A DNA stretch of 63,761 nt, filler included, from Chiloscyllium plagiosum (Eukaryota), in NCBI RefSeq assembly GCF_004010195.1. It is 4 parts of one record of this genome, joined end to end, with 100 filler letters (N's around TTAATTAATTAA, not from the genome) between each part and the next. Parts side by side here need not be neighbours in the genome. Positions count along the whole stretch, not along the records: positions 1 to 25,989 come from NC_057714.1; 3 more parts are not named here. The stretch is one strand, 5' to 3'. Positions 1-12,399 of the stretch are shown here, in pieces (position 1 is the first letter of the stretch; every line of letters begins with the position of its first letter). Both the position numbers and the translations under genes were made by a program. The notes beneath the pieces were generated by a model, which ran no database searches, was not told the origin of the DNA, and saw only the letters and a list, made by a program, of their open reading frames with translations.

Positions 1-335
1 ACATGCAGACGACAAGCAACATGAATTTGACTGGGACAACACTACCATTATAGGGCAAGCGAAACAAAGAACAGCCAGGGAATTCCTAGAAGCTTGGCAC
101 TCATCCACAAACTCCATCAACAAACACATAGACCTGAACCCAATATACCGGTCACTACAGCGAATAGCTGAAACTGACAACGGAGGAAACACCACAGAAG
201 CGATTCACAGGAGGCTCCCAAGCACTGAGGATGTCACCTAGACAGGGGACGAAACATTTGCAACAAAAACTTCCAGCTCGGCGAACAGAACCACAGCAAC
301 GAGCACCCGAGCTACAAATCCTCTCACAAACTTTG
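1..335 (+). mobile_element. Penelope-like element 3' part (GIY-YIG C-terminus plus terminal repeat), truncated by window edge
   Basis: Frame from nt 2 reads HEFDWDNTTIIGQAKQRTAREFLEAWHSSTNSINKHIDL, typical of the PLE endonuclease C-terminus. The tail (208-335) recurs at 16297-16422 and is related to 47930-48053. Confidence 0.8.
222..261 (+). ncRNA. Minimal hammerhead ribozyme, helix III mutated
   Basis: gca-CTGAGGA-t-gtc...gac-GAAAC-att-tgc. The copy at 16309 has GAAACGTT, so this one shows a CpG-type G>A change. Confidence 0.6.
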
Positions 336-1536
336 TTAATAAGGCATTTAACAAGCTATAACCCCTCTTAATTGACAACTGATTGTGGCCTAGCAAGAAG
401 CTCACCTCACTGCTCAGCAAAAGCATAAGAGATGTAATGGGATATTCCCAAAATTGAGAAAGGCCTCGCTGGATTTCTCATCTGATTCTGCCACAAAGCT
501 TGTTGTAACCCATTACACTTACATCCCGATAGGCTACTTCCCTTAGCACCATGCATCCTGTTGCAAGAAAGGTAAATACTTTAGCTGCAGTTACTTTATA
601 TTTATGAGTTTCTTCTGTTAAAAATGTTACTTTTACATGTGAATTTTCTGCAGGTGGGGCAAATACAATATGGCAGCTAGAGCCAGTTTTGAAACATTTT
701 TGGATTGTTTTCAGTGCTTAAGATTTCCTTGTTGTTAATTATTCTCAATGTGATCTATGTTATATTGTCGGTGTGTTCACCATTCCCTGAATTTTAATGT
801 GAATAATGATTTGGGAAGAAAAGAATGCTTCTACTGGAAGCCGATCTTTAAATGGTGAAGAATTCTATTCTGCGATCCAAGTATAAATTGTTTTATTTTA
901 ATTTCCACCTACATACCTGTAATTGGAGAAACAATTGTAGATCAAGGTTTAGTTATCTGCAAAACTTTAACATTTTAACGTTTACCCTATTGAATAAGTA
1001 TGGTGCCAATTATCCAGTTCGTAAACTGGATGATTTATTGTTCCAACAATGGCAGCACACCAACCATCAAACTGGTAAGAAGTTGTTATTAACACGTTTT
1101 CAATATGGCTGCAAGATCTTTAATACTCTGTTTTTATAGATAAATGGTCTTTATCTAATTAGAATTTCAGTAGAAGGAGCTTTGGACCACATCCAATATT
1201 ACAGTATTTTACATCTGGATTCCAAACTAAATTAAACAAACAAAGAGAGTGGTTAAGTTAAAGATGATTTTTTTTGTTCAAAGAAAGTTTAACCAGGAAT
1301 ATTCAATGTGTGCCTGTCATTTCCTGTGACTACACTAGCATGCTTTCATGTTTTATGCACAGAATTGGAGTGATTTTTGTGTGCTCCAGGCATTAAATTC
1401 TGTCATTGAGCTCTTTCTGATTTATTGGTGTGGCATTGCATGTTCTGTAAGATTTAAGAACCTGCAGGAATTTAAAATGGCAACTGCAACAAATAAATCA
1501 TTGTGCCAAAAAAAAAACAATTTTCAAATCCTAACA

Positions 1537-1750
1537 TGTCAAAGAGGACAACCACAAGACAAAGGCTTTCTAGCTTTGTAGATGCAGAAGTTGATACAGT
1601 GGTGCTGCTGAAGGGATGCCATCGTTTGAACCGAAAGAATGAGGGTCCCGAGGAGAATTCAGTGGTGAGTGGAAAAGGAGGCTAGGCAGATTGTGCCAAT
1701 TCTACCATTTCATCCACTCATCCTCAGAAACATTTTAATAATTGTCAGGT
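1537..1750 (+). pseudogene. Possible Harbinger Myb/SANT-like ORF relic
   Basis: Peptide RQRLSSFVDAEVDTVVLL resembles the R..rFs..E...Lv start of Myb/SANT-like domains. Heavily decayed. Confidence 0.3.
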
Positions 1751-2444
1751 CAGTTACACCTTCCATGAATGGCTATGGTAAATATATCACCTGGTTGCAT
1801 TGTCTTCCTCTCATAGCAGACTACCATCAATGCTTATGTTGCAGTTGGAGCCTGTTATGTCTCCAGACATTAATCTCCAGTATTATTGAAACATGCAACA
1901 CAGGAACTAAATGAATTAGTTAATTTTATTCACCTCAGTCATTTCCTGTGAAGATTTCAAAGTATATGACAGGCTGGCTTTCATGTAATGATCATGAATG
2001 CAGGTGAAATTCCAATTGAATGTTACTCATCGATGGATTTTACTAGAAAATAGATAGATTAATCTCCAACAAGAGATTAGCGTTCATTAAAAACAACTAT
2101 GAGCACATTTTCCACTACAATCAAGCTGAGTAGAATTGAATTTACCAGGAAAAACAAGATAAAAGGTTCGTTCAAAAAGATCCAATTGTTCTGTTCACAA
2201 CTAATTACAGTATTCAGGTAAAGTTAAGTCAGTTTAAGATATATCCTATGGACTATTACAAGCCGAAGATCTGGTTTTCTAGAAAATTCAGTCTTCTATT
2301 TGTAAGATTAATAAGCTGCTCAAATAATTACCATAAAACATGTATGAAATGTTTAATTACTGAAAAATGTTCATTTCATTTGAAACAAAAGGAAGACGGT
2401 AACTAATTATCGAATCACAGTCAGAGGCCATCATTGTCTCCAGT

Positions 2445-2660
2445 CAGTGCTGTTTTCCTGGCTAACATTTTCCTTAATTAACACCAATAAAATAATATTT
2501 GGGCACACACTCATTGTTCTTTGTATGGCATTGCTTTGCTGCTGTGATTGCCTATATTGCATCAGTGATTCTGCCTGAAGAATATAACATTGGACTGTGG
2601 TAGGCTTTGATATGTCCTGAGGTCATGAAAAGTACTCTATAAATAAATGCAAGCTTTACT
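2445..2660 (+). mobile_element. Old DeuSINE/L2-tail SINE 3' fragment
   Basis: Tail gctttgatatgtcctgaggtcatgaaaagtactctataaa..tgcaag is similar to the tails at 27450-27585 and 29620-29750. Confidence 0.45.
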
Positions 2661-2849
2661 CTTCACAAGTAATCCTGACTAATCTCAAGCACTGGTATGT
2701 TTCCTGCACCTTTAATATTCTGCTTTTAAAATAATTTGTAGACTGAGATTCTGTGCTCTGCACTCAGCTGCTTTTGATTTTCCATTCATTCCAGACAATG
2801 GTCACAGTGCCACAGACTGGTGAGCAGGTAAGCAAAAGCCAGTAAGAAT

Positions 2850-3076
2850 GGTGGGTTTCCCTTACTTAAAAAAAACGAACCTGGAAAGGAATCCGATGGG
2901 TTCGTACAACAAGTGACCATTTTTCATGTCATCATTAAAAGTAATTTTCTTTCTCTAAAATTCTGGAGTTTTACTCATTGAACTTAAATTTCACCATCTG
3001 CCATAGTAGGATTGAAATCCACATCTCCCAGATCCTGGTCATGGATCTCTGGATTACTAGGCTAGTGACACTACCA
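2850..3076 (-). mobile_element. tRNA-derived SINE fragment (same family as 47295-47632)
   Basis: Reverse complement matches gtcactagcctagtaatccaga...ggcagatggtgaaatttaagttcaatga...; homologous segments at 47300-47500 (+) and 28810-29160 (-). Confidence 0.5.
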
Positions 3077-4599
3077 TCCGCCCACCCCCTGCCGCTCTCA
3101 GCAGCGTTGCTTTTATTTTCCAGCAGCATTATTTTTTGATTCCAGCCAATGCTTAATATCGACCAGGGGATCACAGCTTTATACAAACCCAGATTTAACC
3201 ATTTTCTGTAAACATGAGGTTTTCTTTACTGGAGCACAGTAAGCAATATTATGCGATAAATATTTCAGATATATCTTCAATGGCAGATATTCTGGAAAGC
3301 AGTATTAATGACAATGTCTAGTCTTTGTAACTGGAGATCCCATGAAACTGTCACTGTAATGACAGCAGGTGATTAGGAGAACAATTGTTCATGACCTGGG
3401 GAGAAACCAACTTTTGTGATGTACATAAGTTGCACCTGAAGTCCTAATTCTATTGAACCATTTTTACTTTGCTCACTCAGAGGGCAGACTTTACTCGGGA
3501 TCAGGTGCTTCAGCCAGACCTGGAATGAATGCTGCAGGGGAAATTCCCGGACATAGGTTAGTTGGGATAGTCAAGCAAGGAGGGGTTTGGCCGCCTTAGT
3601 GGAGTGAAGGGGTTCAAAGGCCAAGTGGGGAGGAAGCAAGGACATATCCTATCTTCCGGGAAGATAGGCAGAGGACATCCCTGAAGGTAACATCTTCCCT
3701 TCCTTTGTGCCCTTCTGAATTTTTATAAGAGGATCTGAATACTCTTGCCTGCCTGTCCACACTGACAATATTATGTCATAGATTGGGTAATATTAGGGTA
3801 AATTGAGTTTTTAACAAGTAGACTTGACTCATACTTATTGACTTACTTTTGTGTGAAGGCTGCTATGTTTGGTGCCTGCCTAAACCCCTGTATTATGGGC
3901 CTGAACACAGGTTGGAAGGTGGAGGATTGGTGTCTTCCAAATGCTGTACGGGGTCCTCCCCCAACAAAACCATACTTATCAGGGGCACATTATACTCATC
4001 CCATAGTTTCTCAATTTAAAAGAAAGGAAAATGGACTGGCCTTGCTGATCCCATGACCGAGTTTCTGAGGGGTGGGGAGGAGCTGGTTACAGGTAGGGAG
4101 AGGTGGTGGAATAATTCTCCACCTTTTCTCATTTCTAAGTTGAACACAACAAAATGTATGTTTATGAAGAAGTGCTTTAACCCTTTTGGGTGCTGTGATT
4201 TTAAGGAGCAGACGCAAAAAGGTTTTCTTGTACATTTACATCAAAAGGGATAAATGTCCTTTTTTGCTAGATCAAAAATGTAAATACAGTAAACATTCAC
4301 TCCCAAAATATATACACATACAAAAAGAAAAGATGATTTCTAGAGATGTTACATGCACTTAGATTACTAAGACAATAACAGGAAACTGGTTCCTTCTTCA
4401 TACTGTAATCCTTAAGATGGTATTTGAAAATGTTGCCTAAAGAATTCTGTCTTAGCTCCTTGAAGGTAAATTGTGTTTGGCAGTTTCTAGCTTTTCATTA
4501 AAGGTTGTGATTGAACCTCTGTAGTGAAGAGATTCACTGTCTGAAATGTCAGTCTGTTCAAGGTAAGAATCATCTCTTTTCCTGAATGATCTCTCACTA

Positions 4600-5009
4600 T
4601 ATTAGAAGAATGAGAGGACCTCTCATAGAAACATACACAATTCTGATGAGACTGGATGGGCTAGATATGGGAAGAATGTTCCCGATGTTTGGGAATTCCA
4701 GAACTAGTGGTCACAGTCTAAGAATAAGGGGTAAGCCATTCAGGACTGAGATGAGGAAGAATTTCTTCATTCAGAGTTGTGAACCTGTGAAATTCTCTAC
4801 TGCAGGAGGCTGTTGGATCCAGTGCATAAGATATAGTCAAGAGGGAGCTGGATGGGGCCCTTGTGGCTAAAGGGTTCAAGGGATATCGGGAGAGGACGGG
4901 AATTGGATACTGAAATTGCATGATCAGCAATGATTGTATTGAATAGTGATGCAGGCTGAAGGGCCGAATGGCCTTCTCCTGCACTTATTTTCTATATTTC
5001 TATGTTTCC
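4600..5009 (+). mobile_element. CR1 LINE 3' end
   Basis: RRMRGPLIETYTILMRLDGLD..RTSGHSLRIRG..RTEMRKNFF is the CR1 ORF2 C-terminus. Ends in a tttctata/tttctatg tail. Confidence 0.9.
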
Positions 5010-5267
5010 ATCTGAGGCATTGATCCCAGACTGCAACGTTATGTAAATCTTGTGGGTTAATAAGGTAATGACTAACTCTCGATCCAATTTCAGTCATGTG
5101 TTGACAGTATTGATGTATTCCATTGTCCACACAAATTGAAGCTGATGTAATTGACATGCAGTGGGTCCTGGCTGTTATCTCATTGACATTCCAGTCATGA
5201 TCACCTCCCTGAATTACTTCATTTGAAATTCTCTTCTCCAGGGAGTTGGAAACTCTATCAGCCATTT

Positions 5268-5408
5268 AAATAAAAGCATAAAACTGTCGATATTGTAAAT
5301 CTGAAAGAAACTCCGAGAATGCTACAGACACTCAGCACGTCTAGCAGCTGCTGTGAGGAGAGGTACAGAGTTAATGTTTTCCATCCGATATGATGATTCT
5401 TCAGAACC
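5268..5408 (-). mobile_element. PLE-terminus-derived short element with decayed hammerhead
   Basis: Minus strand ttCTGAAGAatcatc...GAAAacattaactctg...ctgctagacgtgctgagt; related to 11715-11860, 27155-27310, 34420-34650 and 55010-55110. Confidence 0.55.
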
Positions 5409-5432
5409 AATGTTGAAGGCATGAAGCTTCAG

Positions 5433-5720
5433 ATTAGATTAGATTAGATTCCCCACAGTGTGGAACCAGGCTATTTGGCCCAACAAGTCCACACCGATCC
5501 TTCATACAGTAACCCACCCAGACCTATTTCCCTCTGACTAATGCACCAAACACTATGGATAATTTAGCATGGCCAATTCATCTAACCTGCTCATCTTTGG
5601 ACTGTGGGAGGAAACCGGAGCACCAGGAGGAAACCCACACACACACGGGGAGAATGTGCAAACTCCTCACAAATAGTCTCCCGAACTGAAATCGAACCTG
5701 GGTCCCTGGCGCTGTGAGGC
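5433..5720 (-). mobile_element. HE1-like tRNA-derived SINE
   Basis: Minus strand gcctcacagcgccagggacccaggttcgatttc (B box), central tttgcacattctccccgtgt, CR1-like 3' tail and (tctaa)n end. Confidence 0.85.
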
Positions 5721-6059
5721 TTTTGATATTTTAGGTTTTTTCCATAAATGGTGAGTGGTAGTCAATTGGCAGTGCAAAGGTTATTTGCAATAAGCAACTT
5801 CACCTGGAAAAGTGAAAATTTAACCAGGTATATCCATTCCACAAAAAAAGGGCAAATTCCACCAGGCCAATCACCATCCTATTAATGTATACTTAACGAT
5901 TAGCAAACAGATTGAAGGTATCTTACAAATAACCAGCTCATCAATGCTTAGTTTGTTTTCCACCACTCGGCTTTTAATCATAGACCAAAAAGCTGAAATC
6001 TGCAAGTGAGGCATGAGTGACTGCCACCATTTGACCAAAGGTGTATCTAGTCTTGCCTT

Positions 6060-6500
6060 GTACAAGGGAAGATGGTTGTGATTGTTGAGGTCAATCATCT
6101 CAGCCCAGAACATTGCTACAGGTGTTCTTCAAGAAAAGTTCTAGGCCTAACAATCTACCGCTGCTTCTCCAAAAACTGTCCCTCTATCTGAGTTAGAGGA
6201 GAAGTGGTGATTGCGCAGCGTTCAGTTCCACTTACATCTAAGATATTGGAGCAATCTGTGCTCACACATAGATAGTCAGAAGTCACATCCTACCGAGTTG
6301 TAGTCCAACAGGTCTATTTGAAATCACAAGTTTTCAGAGCACTGCTCCTTCATCAGGTAGAGGAGTCAAACGCTCGTGATTTCAAGTATGCCTGTTGGAC
6401 TATAACCTGGTATCGCTTGTCTTCTGACTTTGTTCACCCCAGTCCAACACCAGCACTTTCACATCACACACAGATAGAATTAGCAACATTGGGCAGATAA
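6060..6500 (+). mobile_element. Decayed non-LTR RT fragment, interrupted by fold-back PLE
   Basis: ggtgttcttcaagaaaagttctaggcctaacaatc resembles the [10 protein letters not shown] motif; similar to the 56460-57740 family. Confidence 0.45.
6275..6464. mobile_element. Fold-back PLE-terminus insertion
   Basis: Left arm gtccaacagg..tttgaaatcac is inverted by gtgatttcaa..cctgttggac. Flanked by near-duplicated cacaca(t/c)agatag. Confidence 0.7.
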
Positions 6501-6540
6501 CTGGTAAATTGGTCCAGTATAACGAAACATTGGCATCTAA

Positions 6541-6677
6541 TTTTTTTTAATTCACTTATTTTTTCCAATCAACCTGTTCAGAAATATAATTACACACCTC
6601 CGAAGCAGGTAAGACTTAAACCTGGACCTCCCTATCCGGAGGTAGGGACACTACCGTGGTGCCATAAGAACACCTTA
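6541..6677 (-). mobile_element. Short tRNA-derived SINE with poly(A) tail
   Basis: Minus strand has A-box-like tggcaccacggtag, B-box-like ggtttaagtc and tail ctgaacaggttgattggaaaaa...A8. Flanked by duplicated acattggcat. An older copy lies at 30150-30268 (+). Confidence 0.7.
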
Positions 6678-7689
6678 CACATTGGCATTTATTTTTAAAT
6701 TACAGCATGATGGCCAAATTCTGGATGAGACCTCAATTTGTTACGACCAGAGATAAAGATCCCCAATTGCAAATCACTTAGCTCTTGGGTGAGAAGGGAT
6801 GAACTGGTTCTCCTTCTTTATTCACCCAAGCCCTTGGTTGCTCCCAACAACATTCTACTTAAAAATGGATCCCTTCCCTTGTGGATACCTTTCTCCCAGA
6901 CCCAGGTGAAGTTTTGTTTTTAAAAACAACCGATTTAGTCAGACTATCTTGAGTTAACAAGGAATGATCTGATTAATTACTAAATATACAGATAATTATT
7001 AATGCAATACACTTTAGAAATTAAAGGTGGATTAAAAAGATAAAGGTCAACAGAAGTATACAGCTCAGTTTCTGAATTGTTCACAAAGAGCAGATAGTCG
7101 AATATTGTAGCCATTGAAGAGAGAGTTACTGGTAGTGTTGATGTTAGTAATTGAAAAGTTAACTTCAAGTTTTTTCGTGTTGTGCTTTATTTGCTTCCGG
7201 CCGAATGCCACTACCAAACACAGTTAAAAATCACACAACACCATTTGATAGTCCAACAGGTTTGTTTGGAAGCATTAGCATTTTGAGTGCTGCTCCTTCA
7301 TCAGGTAGCTGTGGAGCAGGACCATGAGACACAGAATTTACAACAAAAGATTACAGCGTCATGCAACTGAAATGATAATTTGCACAAACCTAGATTGCTG
7401 GTAAATCTTTCATCGTTTAAAATGGGTTGCAGGTTTTGGTTCCTTAATATCTAAATCCCAGACTTCTTTGAAGTCACGTTCTTGAGATAACTTAAGGATT
7501 TATTAAAAAAAGGTGACATCTCAGCTCAGACAATGCATTAAAGGTATGAGGTTAGAGACTGTCTGAATCCCAGTCCTGAGTCAGACTGATCCTATTTCCA
7601 AAGAGTGAAAGAAGTTGAATGTGTGTCTACAGGAATGGTGCAGGAGGGAGGGATTCAGATACTTGGATGATTGGGGACCTTTCAAAAGA

Positions 7690-8090
7690 GCAGAAGTGGG
7701 TACTGCAGATGCTGGAGATTAGAGCCAAGATTAGAGTGGTGCTGGAAAAGCACAGACAGGTTGGACAGGTCATGAGGACAGTGCTGAGCTGGAAGATTGG
7801 AACTGGGGTAAAGTGGGGGGAGGGGAAATAAAGAAACTGGTGAATTCCACATTGATGCCATGGGGTTGGAGGGTCCCGAGGCTGAAGATGAGGCCTTGGG
7901 TGGTGAGGGAGTGATGATGGAGGAGGACCAGGACCTGCATGTCCTCGGCAGAGTGGGAGGGGGAGTTGAAATGTTCGACCACGGGGTGATGGGGTTGATT
8001 GGTGCGGGTATCCTGGAGATGTTCTCTGAAGCGCTGTGCGAGAAGGTGTCCAGTCTCCCCAATGTAGAGGAGACCGCGTCAGGAGCAACG
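7690..8090 (-). mobile_element. Second-family PLE, GIY-YIG C-terminal part and 3' terminus
   Basis: Minus strand reads GLLYIGETGHLLAQRFREHLQDTRTNQPHHPVVEHFNSPSHS..LGTLQPHGINVEF. Homologous to 40608-41157 and 63660-63761. Confidence 0.85.
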
Positions 8091-8440
8091 TGACATGTGG
8101 AAGTTCCGGAACCATGAGGTTATGCTACAGCTGTACAAAACTCTGGTGCGGCCGCACTTGGAGTACAGTTCTGGTCGCCGAATTATCAGAAGGATGTGGA
8201 AGCTTTGGAAAGGGTGCAGAGGAGATTTGCCATTACGTTGTCTGGTATGCAGGGAAGGTCTTGTGAGGAAAGGCTGAGGGGCTTGAGGTTGTTTTTGTTG
8301 GACAGAAGAAGGTTGAGAGGTTACTTAATAGAGACATACAAGATGACCAGAGGACTGGATAGGGTGGACAGTGAGAGCCTCCTTCCTCGGATGGTGATGG
8401 CTAGCATGAGGGGACATAGCTTTGAACTGAAAGATGATAG

Positions 8441-9529
8441 ACATAGAACATAGAACATTACAGCGCAGTATAGGCCCTTCGACCCTCGATGTTGCGCCGA
8501 CCTGTCATACCAATCTGAAGCCCATCTAACCTACACTATTCCATGTACGTCCATATGCTTGTCCAATGACGACTTAAATGTACTTAAAGTTGGCGAATCT
8601 ACTACCGTTGCAGGCAAAGCATTCCATGCCTTTACTGCTCTCTGAGAAAAGAAACTACCTCTGACATCCGTCCTATATCTTTCACCACGCAATTTAAAGC
8701 TATGCCCCCTAGTGATCGCCGTCACCATACTTGGAAAAAGGCTCTCTCTCTCCACCCTATCTAACCCTCTGATTATCTTATATGTCTCTATTAAGTCACC
8801 TCTCAACCTTCTTCTCTCCGAAAACAGCCTCAAGTCCCTCAGCCTTTCCTCNNNNNNNNNNNNNNNNNNNNNNNNNNNNNNNNNNNNNNNNNNNNNNNNN
8901 NNNNNNNNNNNNNNNNNNNNNNNNNNNNNNNNNNNNNNNNNNNNNNNNNNNNNNNNNNNNNNNNNNNNNNNNNNNNNNNNNNNNNNNNNNNNNNNNNNNN
9001 NNNNNNNNNNNNNNNNNNNNNNNNNNNNNNNNNNNNNNNNNNNNNNNNNNNNNNNNNNNNNNNNNNNNNNNNNNNNNNNNNNNNNNNNNNNNNNNNNNNN
9101 NNNNNNNNNNNNNNNNNNNNNNNNNNNNNNNNNNNNNNNNNNNNNNNNNNNNNNNNNNNNNNNNNNNNNNNNNNNNNNNNNNNNNNNNNNNNNNNNNNNN
9201 NNNNNNNNNNNNNNNNNNNNNNNNNNNNNNNNNNNNNNNNNNNNNNNNNNNNNNNNNNNNNNNNNNNNNNNNNNNNNNNNNNNNNNNNNNNNNNNNNNNN
9301 NNNNNNNNNNNNNNNNNNNNNNNNNNNNNNNNNNNNNNNNNNNNNNNNNNNNNNNNNNNNNNNTATCTCCTCTGACTCCACACACAACTTCCCACTACTA
9401 TCCTTGATTGGCCCTAATCTTACTCTTGTCATTCTTTTATTCCTTAAATGCCTATAGAAAGCCTTAGGGTTTACCCTGATCCTATCCGCCAACAACTTCT
9501 CTTGTCTCCTCCTGGCTCTTCTGAGCTCT
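8441..9529 (-). mobile_element. Young CR1 nested in the CR1 above; spans a gap
   Basis: ERLRDLRLFSERRRLRGDLIETYK..VKAWNALP and NPKAFYRHLRNKR on the minus strand; (ttctatg)n tail at 8441-8458. Confidence 0.9.
8852..9363. other. Assembly gap (N run)
   Basis: Continuous N. Confidence 1.
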
Positions 9530-10029
9530 GACTGAGGTCAGAGGTAGTTTCTTTACAACCGGTAGTAGACTTGCCAACATTAAGGGCATTTAAATTGTCA
9601 TTGGATAAACATATGGATAATCATGGAATAGTGTAGGATTGATGGGCTTCAGATTGGTTTCACAGGTTGGTGCAACATCGAGGGCTGAAGGGCCTGTACT
9701 GAACTATAATATTCCATGTTCCATGTTCTAAAATGGAATTTACAAAATATTACATGGATTAACTGCCTACATTGTGCATTTTTTGATCAAAATGGAATGT
9801 ATCTACAAATATAATTCAGCAAATACAAATTCACTCCATAGACTTATATATGTGTGTGTGCATGCATGTGTGTGAGAGAGTGAGTGCATATGAGAGAATG
9901 TGAGTTTACATGTGTACATGCCTGGTAAAGTGTGAGTGTAATGGAGTATAATCTTGTGAGAGAGTGTGTGTATGAGAGAGAGCATGTATATGAGACAGGG
10001 TCTGCGTGTGTGTGTGCAGTGCAGTGGGG

Positions 10030-10420
10030 TTACCTGTTGTGTGACATGCACCCAAGGACATCCCCATGGGTACCAAACTTGACTATCAGCCTCTGCTCGG
10101 CCACTTTGCGTTGTTGCCTGTCCTGAAGTCTGCCTTGGAGGATGGTCACCCGAACGTCCGAGGCTAAATGTCCCTGACCACTGAAGAGTTCCCTGACTGG
10201 GAGGGAACACCCCTCTCTGGTGATTATTTCACAGAGTCCATTCATCCATTGTTGTAGCGTCTGCTCGGTCTCACCAATGTACCATGCCTTGGGGCATCCT
10301 TGCCTGCAGCGTATGAAATAGACAACATTGGTCAAGACACATGAGTACCTGCCGCCTACATGGCGAGTGGTGTCCCCATGTGTAATGGTAGTATCCATGT
10401 CGATACTCTGACACATCTTG
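10030..10420 (-). pseudogene. PLE GIY-YIG endonuclease domain remnant
   Basis: YSCVLTNVVYFIRCRQGCPKAWYIGETEQTL: VVY..C...C...YIGET signature. Confidence 0.88.
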
Positions 10421-10605
10421 CAGAGGCTGATAGTGGTGTTGTGGTCAATGTTCGCAGCAAATTGCCTAGCCTTCAGACAACAATGTTCTATTTAAGGTTT
10501 GGTGGTTGTTTAAAGGTGAGAAGTGGAGGCGTAGGAAGGTCTTGCTGAGATGTTCATCCTCATTGATAATGTGTTGCAGGCTGCAAAAAGCATGGTGTAG
10601 TTCTG

Positions 10606-11016
10606 TGAAGAACCAGTCTGACTCAAGATTGGGATACAAACAGATTCTAACCTTACACCTTTAATGTATTGTCTGAGCTGAGATGTCACTTTTTTTATAT
10701 AAAGCCTGAAGTCACTTCGAGAATGTGACTTAAAAGAAGTTCTGAGATTTACATATTAATGAACCGAAACCTGCAACCCATTCTAAAAGATGAAAGACTT
10801 AAAAGCAGTCTAGGTTTGATCAATATATCATTTCAGCTGCATGACACTGTGGTCTTTTGCTATAAATTCTATGTACTATAGTCCTGCTCCATAGCTACCT
10901 GATGAAGAAGCAGCACTCCAAAACCTAGTGCTTCCAAATAAACCTGTTCGGCGATAACCTGGTGTTGTGTGATTTTTAACTTTGTCTACCCCAGTCCAAC
11001 ACCGGCTCCTCCACAT
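10606..11016 (+). repeat. Inverted copy of the PLE terminal repeat (inverse of about 7224-7590)
   Basis: Reverse complement of 7224-7590. Contains decayed hammerhead tacCTGATGAagaagcagcactccaAAAcctagtg near 10896-10930. Confidence 0.85.
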
Positions 11017-11019
11017 CGT

Positions 11020-11860
11020 GACTACCAAACACATCCTCCTCTTTGCTGTCAGCATTCTGAAGGAACATTTCCCTCAGTGACATCTTGGTTTATGTCTCTA
11101 TCACTCCTACCACTTCCGCATGGCACCTTTCTACACAATTGCAGAAGTTGTAAGACTGGTCCATTCAGCAAGTGACACAATGTTTTACTTAGACTTCTTT
11201 CAGTTGAATCTGCTGTACTGATTGCTCACAATGTGGTCTCCTTTACATCAGAGACATCAAATGCAGACTGACTGATTGCTTTGTGGAAAACCTCCTTTGT
11301 TAATGACCCCTCCTTTCAGTTGCTTGCCATTTCAACATGCCATCTTGTTCTTATGTTAATATTTCTGTCCTGCTACAGTGTAAGTTGGAGGGATAACACC
11401 TCATTTTTCATTAAGTACTTTACAGCCTCTAGGATGAAATGTTGTGTTCCACAGCTTCAGATTCTGACCTCCATTTTTTACATCCCACATCCTCGCCACC
11501 CCACCGAGTGTCTTGTCAATACAGCTGTCAGCACAGCATACCCATTTATTCCTTTTCACACCTATCATCTGCACCTATTTTATATATCTACATATTCTTT
11601 AAAACATTATTAGCACTCTTTTCACCCTTTGGTCTGGGAGCCTCATAATCTATTCTACTCCCTCCTCCTCCCATTCTGTTAACGGCATAAAAAAATAATT
11701 TTCCAGCCTATTTCAGTTCTGAAGACAAGTAACGTTAGTATCGAAATGCTAACTCTGTCTCTCTCTTTCCACAAATGTTGCTAGAACTGCTGAGTTTCTC
11801 CAATGCTTTCTATTTTTTAATTTCAGATTTTATAGTATTCACAGTATTTTACTTTTATTT
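11020..11860 (+). mobile_element. Old PLE fragment (GIY-YIG and terminus)
   Basis: tgctcacaatgtggtctcctttacatcagagac resembles CSQCGLLYIGE. Terminus with ttCTGAAGA..cGAAAtgctaactctg. Confidence 0.6.
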
Positions 11861-12399
11861 GCAAAATATTAAGTTGGTTGAAATTCTATTGTTCTGATTC
11901 CTTTTGACCATGACTGAAAGTCAGGATTCAGAGTGAGAGAGAGAGGTCTTTGTTACTCTTTTTTTTGGATTGCTAGCTACCTTGCTTCTAGCACGCAAAG
12001 TGAGTCTCTGTACCTGCAACACAAGAGTGAACAAGGGATAGTTATTTAGCTGTGACAATCAGTGTGCTAATGCTTAATGGGTAATTTAATGCACACGAGA
12101 CGATCTCAGTCCCACTTTAACACTTCAGTAGAGTTGAAACTGGCTTTGTAATCTGTGTCCTTGTGTTTATTTCAAAGTTACAAACATAAATGTGTCTGCG
12201 GTTTGATACCCAATCTGCAAAAAGTGAGTTGCTGTACAGCAAGGGTTTATCAGCTCCTTGTTGCTTTTGTAGTCACAATATATCACAGGTCAGCCTGTTC
12301 TGACTTGCCTCTGACCCCTTTTTTTAAGGATTGTTATCAGAAGAAACAAAGCAGCAGGTTAACAACTGTGGGGCTGTATTCAACTGCATGAGAAAGCAT

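Larger units (their letters stand above)
8091..9730 (+). mobile_element. CR1 3' portion, interrupted by an antisense CR1
   Basis: LYKTLVRPHLEY..LERVQRR..RRLRGYLIETYK up to 8445; resumes at 9530 (gactgaggtcagaggtag) through a ttccatg/ttcta tail. Confidence 0.9.
7224..10605 (-). mobile_element. Penelope-like element, split by an insertion block at about 7604-9729
   Basis: 7224-7603 joined to 9730 onward is colinear with the uninterrupted copy at 25538-25989. Carries a GIY-YIG ORF remnant and TG/AG-rich UTR. Confidence 0.85.

Noticed and set aside
570..740. Short intron-like stretch (aag|gtaaat ... ttttctgcag|g) with possible exons
   Set aside because: No recognisable peptide or sustained frame on either side; compatible with chance.
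6739..7220. Possible solo LTR starting tgttacgacc (similar-looking stretches near 4050-4590 and 43670-44340)
   Set aside because: Could not define the other end, a TSD or a second copy in the window.
8531..9495. Longest ORFs in the track (197-284 aa)
   Set aside because: Mostly X from the N gap; the flanks are CR1.
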